A stretch of DNA of 64,000 bases from Oopsacas minuta (taxonomy: Eukaryota; Animalia; Porifera): assembly GCA_024704765.1 (NCBI GenBank), contig JAKMXF010000307.1, positions 186,001-250,000 of the forward strand, given 5' to 3'. Below, one piece after another: positions 13,384 to 28,050 of the stretch. Position numbers and translations under genes: made by a program. The notes under the pieces were generated by a model that was not told where the DNA came from, ran no database searches, and was given only the letters and a program-made list of their open reading frames with translations. The stretch's first letter is position 1, and every line of letters begins with the position of its first letter.

Positions 13384-16008
13384 CACTACGTAACACAATT
13401 ATTGTTTGGCTTCAATTTTTGATGTCCCCTTATGTTATTTGGGTCGCTGAATTCAAAAAAATCGTGTTAGTTTTCCATATCATCAATGCTTTTGGACGTA
13501 TTTACACTTTTACTTTTCCCGAACAAGTTGTGTTGTTCATTACATGTAGATTTACCTACAGCTCTTGTAATTCATTTAAACACGTAGTTATGTGTTGATA
13601 AGACTATTTGAACATGAAAATCACTACCAAACAGTACATTGTTGGTTATAAGTCCTAAAGAAAACAAAACGCACTCATGTTAGAATGTTAGAGAGTTAAA
13701 ATACTTCAAAAATGAACTGTTGAACGAGCTTTTCTTTTGTGACCAGAAATATCTTCCCTTATCAAAACCACATGTAATCGCCCATCATTGCACTGTCCCA
13801 GCGGCCCTGAAACCGTCTTTCCATTAGCTGAATATCTTGGTGAAATCTCTCACCATGTTCCTCGCTGAAATCCCCCCAATTTTCTTGAAAGAAGTAAAGA
13901 TGAGAGCATAGAAAATGAAGTTTCAACGACATACGACATCCCATCTTTTGGTAGCTTGTGATCAGAGTATTCACTATCTCTCCATAATTAGGATCTTTGT
14001 TATTTCCTAAAAGGCCATCAACTACATCTCGAAATGCTTGCCCTCGTTTTCTTTCTGTTTCGGTCATTTTATCCTCCAAGGTTCTTGACTTTAACATGGT
14101 GGTTATTTGGGGGCCAACAAATATTCCTCCCTTTAGTTTAGCATCTGATAATTTTGGAAACATTGTACGGATTTCTTGAAAAGCTTCTCCTTCAAAATCC
14201 AAAGCTTTAACAAATTGCTTTTCTAAACCTAGTTTTATATGAAGAGGTAGTAGTAAAACTTTTTCCCGGCATACAAGTGTCTCTTTGATGACATTGTACT
14301 TTCCTGGCATTAATTCTTTTCTTGGCGGCCATTGAATCTTCTTGTAGTGCTCTCCATCAGCTCTGCTGTTCCACAAACAAAGAAAACATGAGTATTTGGT
14401 GTAACCACCCTGCAGTCCCAACAAAAACCCCAACATCTTAAAATCACCACAGAGCTGCCAGTTAAATTCAGCATAGTTTATTTTAAGCAGTAGTTGCTTG
14501 ACATTTTCATAGTCTTCTTTCATTTGTATTGAATAAGCAAGTGGAATTGACGGATATTTGTTCCCATTATGAAGTAAAACTCCTTTAAGACTTTTGGTGA
14601 AACTGTCAACAAAATGTTGCCACTGAGGAGGGTCATGTTCAATTCCAACAGCATCAAACAAACTATTCACATCTTTGCCATAGCACAGATCCTGTATTAT
14701 ATCAAAGTAAACAGAAAAGTCCAAGTGCCTCCTCCTGTAAGCAGTTATTTTGCAATCATCACGCAGCAAGTTCCACTCGCTTAATCTTGACGTCAATAGC
14801 TCTGCTGCAGATTATGTTAGTTGCAGATCTTGATTAAGTCATCTAATTCTCTCTTAGAAGGATAATGACGATCTGCACTTGTTGATTGGAGATATTCCTC
14901 CTCAGCATCCGAAGTTTCACTTGATATCGAGTCTTTACATTCAGTATTAAACTCCAACTCAGATGACAAGAATAAAACATAAGATGCAGATTGTGGGTCA
15001 CCCTTACAGCATATAAACTAGCTTAGCCTAATATTATAAAACATAACACTACATACATTTACTGGTGGTTTTGGAACTGGTAAAGTTTCACTGTGATGAA
15101 CAGGTGCAATGGATGAAGATATACTTGGCTAAGTCAGTGCTCTTCTTCCCTTAACATTGCGGTACTAAGCAATATTAATCATGCAAAAGTAACAATCATC
15201 ATGATGGTTTTGTGGCTCTCTCCAAACTCTTGGAATAGCAAATGGCATACTCTAGCGGAGCCCCTCAATCAACTTTCAAGATTAGATCGACAGCTGCCAC
15301 AAATTACATGTGGGGCCCAGGCCTTTCTTGGTCCCCAATGGACATCGCAAAATACAGTCTATACACTTCCCAATACTTAGCTTCTTTTGATATTTTATTT
15401 GAAACATGTTTGTTGCCAACATAATATCCACAAACATAGCAAAATGAGTCAGGTGAATTTTTGCATTGCCTACTAGCCATTGCAATTTCTAATTTTCCAA
15501 AACACTAACTTAACGTAAGAACAACCAGCAAGTTGTTTCTGCCTTCTCTGCTAAAGGCAGTTATACTTATGCTTATACTAGCTACTGGTAGCTTATACTA
15601 TTAATATAAGTAAATACTTTCCAAGTGAAGGCACTGGATAGCAAATAAACTATACACAAGAACGAAATTTCTAAGTTTTGCTGCAGCCTGGAATTCTGAT
15701 GCTGTTTAAGCTGTGCATTTGCAGACACTTTAAGTGTCTCCCAGAGCTTAAAAAGACAAGAGACAGTGAAGGAAGTGCAAAATGTTTGTTATCTTTATTG
15801 TTATAGCACAAAAGATTTTGATTGTGAAGTACGTTTTTGCTGGGTTGGCTAAGCGTGTAACCTGCTCATATAAATAGGGTTCCTGAAAGTTAACGATCGA
15901 TGATAGAAAAAAACTAATTGCATTTTCGGAATCAGCGCCTCAAAATTATCCATAAACAATCAAAATATCAAGCCAAACAAAGACCTCATAAAAATTTGTT
16001 ACGTTGTG
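13384..16008 (-). mobile_element. Chapaev3 element, full length; largest ORF 13762-14796 (344 aa)
   Basis: TAA-CACTACGTAAC...GTTACGTTGTG-TAA. Motifs CKNSPDSFCYVCG, CGDFKMLGFLLGLQGGYTKYSCFLCLWNSRA, LHIKLGLEKQFVK, SEEHGERFHQD. The N-terminal half has frameshifts. Confidence 0.9.
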
Positions 16009-18593
16009 TAATTCTTTGCTAACTCTGACCCTTTACGTTTTTGTTCTTTTGAATGAAGCTTTGGGATCCAACGCGCAGTTATCCTCGACATTTCCAGATC
16101 TCCAGTGATGATCGAGTATAGTGTGGCTTTTGATATACCTACCCTTACTTCTAACTCTCGGAGGGTTATCCGTCTGTCCTCGTCCAAAATTGTTTGGACC
16201 CTCTCGATATCACTGCGAGTATTGAGGAAGTCGGACGACCTGGACGAGAGTCATCGTGCAGTTCCTCATTGCCATTATCAAAACGTTGGATCCATCTATA
16301 TTTGCTGGCTTATGAATGACATTCATCCCAAAAATTATCCTGCATTTCACGAAGAATGTATGAGCTAGTCTTCCTCTTTTCCCCCGGGTACCAAATTATT
16401 TGTCGTTTTCCTTCTCTCTAAAATCCATTAGTTGAACAAAGTAGTTTATACAAGTGAAACATTATACAGAAGAATATGCTAGTAGAGTAAAATGTATATT
16501 GTATAGAAGTTAGACAATCAAGTTTGGCTTGTAATCTGATACTAGGCTTAGAGCTGTATTAACAAAAATATGAATTTGATACATTAGCCTCATTGCTTAT
16601 TGAACAACCTTGTGTTATGGAGTATGAAAGGATCTTGTGCGTAATATTGAACATACCTGGGATACGAGAATAGGGTAACAAACACCCAAAATAGTGTAAC
16701 AAACACCCAAAATAGTGTTGAGTGACTGCCTCATCTTTAATATAGATATTAGAAAAAGTATTTTTGAATTTAATTTCTTATTTTAACTTCTTCAACAGCC
16801 TTTAGATTTTATAAGTGTTCATTATCATATGAAAAACCTTCAACTTTGTCATAAATGTTAAATTGCTATTGAAAATTTACACAATGACCTAATAATCATC
16901 TCATTTCATTGAGTTTACTTTCAGATAAATGGCGACTATGAGTACTCATATACCTTCTGTATCCTGGGATGAGAGGGTGCCTTCTGAGTAAACTTAACTA
17001 CTATCCCATTATTTAATATACATATTTCATCCTCTATATAAAATACGTGAGCTCTACGAATTTGAAATTTACACTCGGCTCTAGTTCGAAAGAAAGGACA
17101 GTTTACCTTACGACTGAGTTATTATAAAATGATAATAATTGAACTTTATAATACAAATATTGGTATTTATCAGCAAAAAGATTTGTCCAATTACTCATTA
17201 AAGACACGACACCACTATAATGGGTAGTACAAATACTATCCCATTTAGCGGGTAGAGATGAAACTCCCCAGATTCTTAACTTATATTGGATACAGTTTCA
17301 ACCTCAGGACCTATTTCTAAAGACTGGTTGGTGATTTCCTCAGTTTCAATATTACAAATATTTCTGTGGGTCTGAGTAAGGAACTCATTAACTATACTTT
17401 GAATTCGATTTCGATATTCATCATATTTAACTTCTAAGACATTAATACCATTAGTGCCAAATTCTTATCTTTGTTCGATTACCCAACCAATGAAATTAGT
17501 CACGATCTCTCCACATAAACACACATACTTCTTACCAAATATTAAAAAAATAAACAATTGCCATGTTCAGGTTGTGATGATACTGACCACAAAACTAACA
17601 GTGGACGACTCTTCAAAAAGCTTTTACCCTAAGTACTTAACTTGTACACTCATCAATATAGAAGGTTTCAGCGAATTGAAAAATCCAGAAACATTTTGTG
17701 ACAAAGACAAACCGTAAAACTTAATGCCATCTACCCACAACTGAGATTCAGATGTACTAAACTGGTAATACACATTATGACTCCCATTTAGCTTAGTGAC
17801 CTAAGAGTTTCGGTATCGGAAACTCTCTTCAATCGGTCATACTCAGTTAAATCGGAAGATGAAGATGCCCACACAATAAGAAGCAAGTCATCTCATATAT
17901 CTAACTCAAGATCCAGGAAATCTAGATTACTAAATGATGAAACTGAATTTGAACACTCAGCTACACTTTTTCATACATTTATAATGATAGTAGATGTAAA
18001 TAAAATGGTCTCATGGGAACACCTAGTTATGTAATCTTAACAGGTTTATTACAAGAGTAGACCACTGCAAATTATTCCCCAAATGAAGATGGCTGACAGA
18101 CAGCTTGCGCATCAAAGTATCGAAAGACTGAAATGTGGAGACATTTAAGTTTATCATGAATCTGATGTCCCTTGGCAATCCTAAATCCAAATATATAAGT
18201 ACAGTCAAAATTTGTCATTGTGAAACAATTTTACACAGAAAGAAAAAATAAAAATAAATGAAAACTAGTGCAGTGATCGAATTCTTTACATAAACGCAAA
18301 AAATATGAATAAGAAAAAGGTGGTGGCCGAATAAGCGAATCAGAAGAAGAACCGGAAATATTTGATTTACTGAGATAGTGCAAGCCAATGCGAGCACGTC
18401 ATAAATCAATAGAAATCATGAATATAAGTAAGAATATAAATATAAGTTGGATAAAAACGATGATGCCTGTCAGGAAAAGCAAAGAGAAAGAAAATAGAAT
18501 GAAATGAAAACAGCAAAAAGTAAAAAAGCAAGATAATTAATACAATCAGATATACTGAAGTGGAATTCCATATGGGATGAGCTAGATATACTA

Positions 18594-19925
18594 CGGGCGT
18601 TCAATAAATTCTGATCACTGTGTTACTGTGGGGATCTATAACACAACAATAATATATAGATATTTGAATATGAATACCCAATCCTGTGTCCACAAGCTAG
18701 TATTGATTTTTTCATTATCGCTTAAAACTCAACAAGTTATATCAAATTTTACAACAGGTGTTTTTATACTATACCTTTATGACATCACTCGGCAAGAAAT
18801 CTAAACTCGAGCAAAGAGCTTATGTCAAGATTCGTACTCTCCTAGGGAAATCTACACACGAGATACATCTTGAGTTAGTTCAAGTCTATACAACGAAAGG
18901 TGCTCTATCTTATGCAGGAGTCAGAAGATGGGCTCAGCGTTTCAGGCTGGGAAGAAAGTCTATCGAAGATGACCCTCGGCCTGGAGCACCAATTACGGCT
19001 GCATCTCCCATTAAATCGTGCTTTATCAAGAAACTGATAGACCTAGACCCACACATAACTATCAGGGAACTTCTTAATAGTGTTGGCATCTCGATGGGAA
19101 GTGTAGACCACATTTTAAGATCACAGCTCAAGTTGACGAAGGTTTGTACTAGATGAATCCCACATTTACTCACAAAGGTCCAGAAAGAGACAAGGGTGAG
19201 ATGTTGGCGTAATCTCCTTATATCCTACAAAGAATGCGACCGGCGAAGATTATTTGAAATAGTGACTGGTGATGAGGCATGGGTTCAGTATAATACACCT
19301 TTTTCCAAACAGGCAAATAAGGTGTGGATAGGAAAGCACTCGGACCCTCCGATGATACCGCGTCCAGGTTTCAGATCATCGAGGATCATGTATTGCATAT
19401 TTTTTGATGCACATGGCCCAGTGGCTCAGGTGATAATTCCAAAGGGACAAACTGTTACTGGAAGCTTCTACACTAGTGATTGTCTTGGTGCAGTGGAAGA
19501 AAGCTTATTGAAGAGGAGAAAAAGACTGGTACTAAAGTGTTGAGTTTATTACATGATAATGCCCGTCCTCACAAAACCAAGCAAGTCAAAGAAAAAATCT
19601 TAAGGATGGGGATGATTGAGCTCGAACATCCACCCTAAGCCAGATCTAGATCCTTGTGATTTCTATCTCTTCCCCAAGCTTAAGGGACACCTCTCTGGTC
19701 GTCATTTTAGCAACAGTGCAGAACTTGGATCAGCGATTTTCCAGTATCTCAAACGGATACCGCCGGAAGGCTATAAAAATTTCTTTTGTACAATGGTTGG
19801 AGCGTCTTCAAAGCTGTATAAATAATGGTGGGGAATATTTCGAAAAAATTAAACAGTGATTGTTTGTGTACAACTTACTTTCGGGTACTTTTTGGGGGTA
19901 GTGATCAGAACTTATTGAACACCCG
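18594..19925 (+). mobile_element. mariner (DD34D) element, full length, inactivated
   Basis: TIR CGGG(C/T)GTTCAATAA(A/G)TTCTGATCACT with TA TSD. DDPRPGAP, VTGDEAWV, LHDNARPH...HPP..PDLDPCDF; premature stops. Confidence 0.9.
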
Positions 19926-20579
19926 TAGATAATCATTTGTCAATATGCATTATTCATAGTGATGGATAAAAACAGAATATATATTACGCATTATCATATA
20001 TTTTGTGCTTTCATAGACGTTTGTTGCAACAACATCAGAATGGAAACCAAGAGAAGAGTCATAAGATGTTGCTTCACGCGTTAAATAGCAATGATGCTCA
20101 TTAGTCTTATGAGATAGTCTAGTAATGTACTAGCCAAGATGAATAATGACATTATTTAATGAAATATTCAATATAAAGTACTAGCAACCCCTGACTTTTA
20201 AAGGAAATTGAATGTTATAATATTTAAGAACGAGCCTGAAAAGTTTCAGGGGATTCTGGAAATGAATTATTTTTGAAATTTGTGTCTAAATTCAAATTTG
20301 AAAATATATAACTAGCATTATCCCATTTTAGAACCCCATTGTGACTGTATCTTTCAGAATTTCAGGATTATAGCGAAACCATGGCAAAAGTCCATGTCTC
20401 AGCTATCGATTGTTACCAAAATATAACAGTTTAAGTTCGATTTTGGATACCAAATATCAATTTGAGCATACCATAATTCCTTAAATGATACTCACTACAT
20501 TTCATTAAAAATTAATTAAGATAAAGCTCAAAGGGTCACAAATATAGACAAAAGTTTCAGATTAGACTTCTCACTGTTG

Positions 20580-20800
20580 TCATCATTTTGATAGAGAGGC
20601 GACCCTACTCGTCATGACATAAAAGGTAGATAAAAGGTACCAAAATCCAAGAAAATCATATTTATACAACTTCCAACATTTCTATGCCAAAGTAGATTCA
20701 ATTCGTGTAAATCTGATGAGTGCAAGAAAGATAAATTATTGACTGAACTGACTCTGGTCGAATATCCCCGTAACTTCACAGTTGTACATTTTTCCACTGT
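20580..20800 (-). pseudogene. LINE reverse-transcriptase remnant
   Basis: LRGYST..SVNNLSFL...VGSCINMIFLDF resembles GFR..RS...NLL.F...D.G..+D+IFLDF of CR1/L2-type RT; highly decayed. Confidence 0.4.
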
Positions 20801-21339
20801 TTTGGGATGAAATTATCTTCCTTACACTTCAGTGTATTCAAGTATCAGATCAATACTGCATGTCTTACATTTGCAGGATAAAAAGAAGAGATAATAGACT
20901 GTAAGATGATTAACTTTAGCAGCTCGAAATTATTGCAGTGCCATTTATGTAATTTACATACTTACGAGCCTTCCACACGTAGCTTTGAGATGAACTGGGC
21001 GTATTGCGCCTCGAGGTGTCCATTATCCTCCAAATTGACGGCCTCTTTGAGTATTTAAATATACATATACAAAAAATGTGAATCCCAAATATATGTACAT
21101 GGCATATATGTTATTGGAATATTTTGTAAGATGAACCCATTTATAGCGGTTGAGCCCATGGAAATTTTGAGATTTTGCTAAGTTGTTAACTATATATTCA
21201 AAAAAACAACAACAAATATATATATGAGAAGGTTGAAAATGAGAAATTCTGGTTCAGTGTATTCTGTTACACCTGTCTCGCAGTTTAGAGCAAACCTTCA
21301 TATATTTTTAAATTTGAAAATTTTTCACTGTATATTCAT

Positions 21340-21600
21340 AAAAACAAACTTACTATGATCAATCCAAAAGTGTGAAAATCGGATTCAGCATATTCGATAT
21401 ATTAAGCGAAGTTGTATTGAATTCCATTTACTTGCTTGATAAACACGCGATAAATACAAGTTGTGCGAACATTTTAACATTGCATATCGTATATCCTCTC
21501 CTTGACAACGGACGAATAAGCAGACAAACAAACAAACTGACAAACAGACAAACAGACAAACAACAAATGAGATTGAATAATAATGTTTCTATATCTTTAG
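21340..21600. repeat. Interspersed non-coding repeat with an internal (ACAG/ACAA)n microsatellite; DINE-1/HINE-like
   Basis: CAATCCAAAAGTGTGAAAATCGGATTCAGCAT...CCTTGACAACG...ACAGACAAAC; a second diverged copy lies at about 28585-28790. Confidence 0.5.
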
Positions 21601-21799
21601 ATGAGGAAAAGAAAGTAGTGAGGTAAGTTGCTATATTATGTCTAGTTACATAATTCATTATTGTTTCAAGTCATACAGAGTAGACTATTAGAAAATTTAG
21701 AAAAACATAACAAAAACATACAAAAACCAAAACACTATAAACAAACAAAATTACAAATGAAAACTACAAACAACCAAATACAGCATCCACTTTAACAAA

Positions 21800-23900
21800 C
21801 CACAATACTATATAAAGAAGACGAGAAGAAATAGAAGATTTGGAATCACACAAGGAACTACAAATTGAACAAGAGAAAGTCGAAGAATTATTAAGAACGT
21901 ATTCAATATAATGTTTACATTTAACTCACCGAAACAATCCAAGAAATTTCTCAAGATTATCATGAGAAATGATATACGATAGTTCTGCAATTTGAAACAC
22001 TCTGTGTATATTGCGAACCTTCATTGCAATAGCAGCCATATCGGTTTGCAAATCATTTTTGTCCAGACATTTATATCTTAACGAATATACACCTTTCGAA
22101 ATTAATCTATCGATGACGAAATTAGACCATTCATGATCTAATTTAACAAAAGGTTCGTGAAGTAAAGAGAAGTTTGAATCTATAAAGAAAACATCGAACT
22201 AAGAATTTGATAAAATGAATAAATGGAAAGAGGCAAATCATTGACAAAAAGCACTCTATTAGGCAAGGTTCCTCCAACACTACTAGGTGGCTGTACTTTG
22301 TGTACAATAAGTATCGTGAGAATGTCTAAATGTACTTGGACATTCCTGTTTATTAGGAGTGCTCATGGTTTTTCAATGACCATGTGTTGTCTGATGGATC
22401 AAGATTTGTTGACAAAAGAATAAGAAAGATTATCCCTATGGCCACAGTGTGGGAAAGAATGAGAGACCATAGCAAATGGTAGGTTCGCAAGATTTGGAAT
22501 CGCTCAAAGCCGGAACATAAACTTTTATAATATGATAACAGTACAAACACTTTATGCAAATGCCAGATGTTAAATGTGGAAAATGATTGTCTATGGTAAA
22601 ATCTGTATTATAAATTCGGCCATATCTGGAATGACAAAAAGTATACAACTACCACAGCAAGGGGCGGTATTCTATTAAATTCGCACAGCTGAAATATGAG
22701 CATCCCGATTTCATTGAATATTTGGCAGAATCAAACATTTCATTACTTATGATTGACTTGAAAATTTCAGATGCCAAAACTATTAGGGACCAAGAATATG
22801 AAGCTTTAGAAATTTCCACTTTCTCTCTCTATGTCAATCGTCCCTCGTCCGTTAATCCAGCATTAACGCCAAAATACTCGCTTATAGGGTACATTAGCTA
22901 TGAAGTGAACTTTTAGGGAGAATAAATATAGTAAAATCCATTCAGATAATAACTAAGCTCCAAAGAAACAACTTAAGTTTGGAATTTATTCACAAATCTG
23001 GTGTTTTCAGCCCAATAACCTTACCTTTTGTAACATTCTTGCTACCACGATTTGCTTGAAACCTTTAGAATACTTGACAAATGAGTGAATTGATCCTATA
23101 AAATAATACTGTAGTGGCGTTATTGCTATTGTTTCATTATCGTGTGAAATATAAGGGTACCAAATTTGATGAAAACCTTTTGAGCTACCTTAGCATTCTC
23201 AAAATATGTTTCTGATTGTCCCAATTTATTATTTGAAACATCAATTTGAGATTTTAGATTAAGGTATAAGCTTACATATTGTGCTCAAGTGTCCATGATT
23301 TAACCTTATAATTGAAATTCTATCGATGTAAACTAGTTACATACTTCTCGGTTTCTCATATATGAAAATAGGTATGTACTAGTGTTTCCTGAGTAGAAAC
23401 CATGGACATGCTCTCCCCAACTATTCAACGTTTAAAGTTTCATTTGAATGATAATGACATTAAAGACATCATTAATCTTAGTAACTTGTTATATTTGTAT
23501 CAATGTGTAATTTCCACCTCCAAGCACTTTGCACCATATTGACAAGGCCGTTCAAATAATTTAAAAAGTTTGAAATTGAAACGGATCTTGACATTCCAAA
23601 TTCTAGGTTTGCATATGCAAGGAGAATCCCAGGAACACACAGTTTCCATAGATACAAACCAATTGGCGATGCGCTCAAGTGATCAAAAGACGATTCAAGT
23701 AGCACTTTGAATTTTAAGATTATGAACAGAAACATCATCATTCTTAAATAGAATCTCTTACCATAAGTAGTGATACAAAATGGTGAATTGTGGTAACTAC
23801 AAGTGTGTTAGGGGATCATGGCAAGGCAGAGAAAATTTGATGCACTTTAAAGAGAAACAAACGTTCAGATCGCATAGTAGAGAGACCAAATATTTGTTCC
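21800..23900 (+). pseudogene. Heavily decayed non-LTR (LINE) reverse-transcriptase ORF
   Basis: One frame with many stops reads PSLQ*QPYRFANHFCPDIYIL, INGKRQIIDKKHSIRQGSS, WFFNDHVL, YYKFGHIW, paralleling Q.GF, NG...GVRQG, FADD and YKYLG in the correct order. A possible C-terminal zinc-knuckle remnant lies near 23800-23850. Confidence 0.5.
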
Positions 23901-26595
23901 CATTAACTAAAAGACTTCCAAAATATTCGCTCATTTATCTACACCCGCATATGACAGACACTATACACTCAATCAGATCAATTATGTAAAATACATCAAT
24001 AAAGAAATCTTGGGTAAAGGATTCAGATCATATTCCTCCAGGTGACGGATCATCCATTCTACTTCTATACTAAAATCATAAACAAAATCCAAATAACAAA
24101 CACAATCATCCAATGTATTGAAATAAGGAAATAAATACTTTTATTGAATGACTTATCTGTCTTAGAAAAAGCAAAACAACAGGTGAGATGAGATGTGTCT
24201 ACAATTCATAATTAAAGAAAAAATGGAGGAAGGAAATTATACCTATCCCGAACCAAAGATATCTTGAAGTTGAGAACTATACATTGTAGACTAAGAACCT
24301 CTGAGCATTAGTGAAATTTGTTACTTGACTTATAATAGATATTCTCTGGAACTTGTTGGATCTGCTATGTGCAGACACAATACCATATTCGTTTGATTTA
24401 TAACTAGTTTTCATAGGGAATTAGAGAAATTTTTCAACATAATGGTATGCTCTTACATCAATTTTTACCTACAAGCATGTAGCAACGGTAGAATAATTAT
24501 CTAGAGCGCAAGGGTGCATAATGGTGTTTGGCGGGTACCTGAAAAAAATGCCAGTGCAACAGCCACAAAGAAATATATTGCCGAACGGAATATTCCAACT
24601 ATTGTAGCATAATATGTTAAGATACAAAAAGGTGCAATCCCAACTGAGTCTATGCAAGGTAAAGTACCGAACCAGAAATCATTCGATAAAGGCCTGCTTT
24701 TATTCATAAATATCATAATGTATGGATGAAGATAAATTTGAACATGTTTTAGAAATATGTAGAAGAAAAGATAACATAGCTTGCAAACAATGGAATCTGG
24801 CAAAAACTTCCTATTCCCTTCAGTATTTGATATAAGACTGAGATTCATAGCTAGAAGAGGACTTCATCTTTCTTCTGAGACACCATGCTGATTCCTTGCT
24901 TACTGAGTGGAAATTAAGCTAGGCATCCAGATGAAATAGAAGGTACCGCACCTCTTCAGCTTTCTAAACTTCCGATTTGCATTGGACAGATTATGTGTAT
25001 ACTCAATCTCCCTCCCTGAAATGCGTGGAACACACTTTGACAGCATTCAGATAACAATATCCAAGCAAAGAGTCATTGACATAATTGGCTTCAAAACAGG
25101 GGTAGAACAGGGCAGTGTATGATCAGAAATATATTAAGATATTGCTGGAAAATGTGAAGGTAACAACAAATTCAGAATAAATATTATAACTTGAGAATAT
25201 TGACTATTTGGGGGTTAAAATAACATAATAATGTAACATATTAGCATTTATGGGTCGTTTTTAACGTCTAAATTTCATCAACAAAGTGTAAAATGAACGT
25301 TAAAACAACACAATGCAATCGCAAAAATCGCTAAAAACCCAAACATATACCTTAGAACACGTGATAGTATCATCAAATAATGATTTATATTATATTAAAT
25401 ATGATTTCGATGGACAAGAGCTTTCCTTGTCATAATCCATATGCAGTAATGACTCCTTATGTATTCTAAGTTATTATCAGGGACGTGGGCAGGCCCCACG
25501 CTGAACCAAACCATGGCGTTAATGGGCGGGAAGGTAACATGGTTCATTTGGTATAGTAAGCGTAGGTGGATTTGTAGGTCACGTTGATAACTTGAATTGA
25601 ATTGCGTGACTCCTAAATGACCTCCGAAATGTGTATAATATAGTAGGAGTAACTTTACAAATATAGGAAGCATAATAAGATAAATTGTATTAGCTGTATC
25701 CAAATTATGTACAACATTTTATATTTTGGCGTCACTAATAACTTTTGCAGTTTCATGATTAAGGGTCTTACAGTATTTCCTTGAAGTGTAACAGTGCGTC
25801 CTCTAAATTTTACCGCTCTAAATCTGTGGCTCTATTCAAAGGCAAGCTGTATAACGCAAACAAATAACTCGAATGATCATTGAATTGGATAGAAATTCAA
25901 CCGGAAATAGATTGACCTATTAATGTGAGGTCTATATACAATGGCGCTTTGAATTTCAATTCGTTGCACTATTCAAGGCCTTATTTTTAACTTGGGCGTA
26001 CTATTAAAGGAATTTTGTATTTGTAATTGGTGATACTCTAAAACTACTTCGTCAACAATGATAGTATATTGTATATGAAATGTGTTGAAAATTAATAAAT
26101 TAAGAAAGAATTCAATGTGCATATGTGTGAGGTTACAATAAGTATCTTCAAGCACATAATTGTATAAACGGATAAATATGAAATTAATGGATATACATTA
26201 CGTACTATACTTTGGTTTGCATACAAGAAATTAAGCATGTTTGTTTGTTGAATTCTATGCACAATGAACCAGATATTCAGTTAATCATATATTGATATCG
26301 AAAATCACAAAAGCATAATAGAAAATAAAATCTGAATTAGGAAGTATGCACGAACTAACTCTCCATAACCGCAACATTGCCACTTATCCCAGAGTTTTAA
26401 AGCTTAAAAGGGATTGGGATCAACAACCTGATAAGAATATATGCAATGATTTCATAATTATTTTGAGGGATATATCCCCACGCGTTTCACAAGGAAACAG
26501 AAAACGGTAAAATTATGAAATGTGTGAAGATTATGTAACTCGGAAACATAATCAGCTCGATTTGAAAAAATGATCATTCTGCACGCCATTAACAA

Positions 26596-27300
26596 CACTT
26601 GCGAACAAACATTTTGTTGTCCAAGATGCTAGATCCGTTTCTATGTATACTGGCTTCGAGGAATCCGACAATAGCATCGGCTTATCTGAATTGGCTCTAG
26701 TTTTTGCGATACTCAATGTTAAATTTTTAAAATAGTGAAGATATATTACACATAAATTTCTTCACATTAAATGTAGCATGGTGTTTCAGTGGTGACACTC
26801 AACTTTTATGCTTCCAAATGTAAATTTTAATTACTGAAATTTGTAGCCTTTAATGCAACTATTAACCGCAAAATCGAAAATTTGGGAAGTACAATTTTAT
26901 CACCATAGCTATTCTGTATTAAATACATTTATCATTGTTAAACAAATAATCGGTTAAAAGTGATGATACTAAAAAGAATACTGAATTTGTATTTGAAGGA
27001 CATCTAAAAATCGTCTCAAATTTGATTTTATGTTATGGGATGTCAGAGGGCAATCTTGCTGGAGGCCCCAACAGTAATCTGCCATCATGTGGCTATCCCA
27101 CCTGCCTTGATATCTCTTCAATGACCTTGATGTTTTGATGAAACCTTTCCCCTGTTCTTCACTTAAATCCTCAAGCTTTTCAGGGAAACGATCCAGGGGG
27201 CTAAATAGATAGTGAACCTTGATGTTCTTGATAGTTGGGTAATTGTATTAAACTTATGTTCAGAAGTTATACACAATTTTCCAAATATTGGATGAGCTCT
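26596..27300 (-). mobile_element. Chapaev3 3'-end remnant
   Basis: Minus strand PLDRFPEKLEDLSEEQG...RYQGRWDSHMMADYCWGL plus terminal sequence similar to 61382-62090. Confidence 0.75.
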
Positions 27301-27749
27301 GGCCCTCTTCTGATTAGCGAGGGTCTATTGTATCAAGTTTACTTAGAAGGGTTTTATTGACTCCTTCTCAACTACAAGTTCCGAAAACTAATATTGAATT
27401 TGATCCTGATCAATTCTTGAGTCTAAGTTCTGTTGAATTATTCATTGAATGTAGATATATAATAGTCTTCTACTGTAATTTCCTGTTTATCCCTTTTCTG
27501 TGAATTATGCCTTGGTTCTATTCTCAAAAAGAATTATCAAAAATATCTAACATGCCTTAGCCGATATTTCGCCACTAGAGAGTTTGATCTTCTGCATTTC
27601 TCCAACCCAATTATTCTATTTATGTTATATGTGACGAATTGTTCACCAACCATTATTATCTTAATCTGTATAAGTCTCAGCAATTATATATGGGATTGAT
27701 CCAACAATTTGGATGTGAAAATCTGTCCTATATTGTCTATATGTGGAGA

Positions 27750-28050
27750 GAATCAGATACATGGGTTAATGCAACAGAAGTAAATCAGGCTTCCGGTAGT
27801 ACCACTGGCCAAGATACTTTTAACACCCCTTTGTCATCTAAGGAGCATTTGGGAGTTTGCATCACCATTTCTACAGCGAGCTCAGCTTGGATATTTCCAT
27901 ATGGGTGATGAGGCGATGACCTCGTTGAAAAATTCTAAACATTCTTGGCAAATTCTAGAGATTTCAGCACCGCCAACATTCCTACACTGATCAGATAACA
28001 GAACTAATGGCATGTATAGGTAGCTGTATGCGGTAGCCACCAAATTCATC
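27750..28050 (-). pseudogene. Ty3/gypsy integrase remnant
   Basis: TRSSPHHPYGNIQAELAVEMV matches the SSPYHPQSNGRAELAV integrase motif, preceded by a P..L.SD-like segment. Confidence 0.5.

Larger units (their letters stand above)
10100..16400 (-). mobile_element. mariner remnant in three pieces (about 16009-16400, 13062-13383 and 10100-10317), split by two nested insertions
   Basis: Pieces read SRPGRP/RRITLRELE...ARWIPK, then FLDHIVRGDETWFHSYEPE, then AAIDDLAFEC.P..YSPDLG. They rejoin across the insertion TSDs. Confidence 0.75.

Noticed and set aside
21800-22700. Possible ciliate-type genetic code (many TAA/TAG codons in one long frame)
   Set aside because: In-frame TGA also occurs, and neighbouring transposases read normally in the standard code; decay of a LINE RT explains it.
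24469-25703. Hydrophobic minus-strand ORFs as host membrane-protein exons or a gypsy integrase zinc finger
   Set aside because: No recognisable domain or consistent splice structure; GHLGV is the only suggestive motif.
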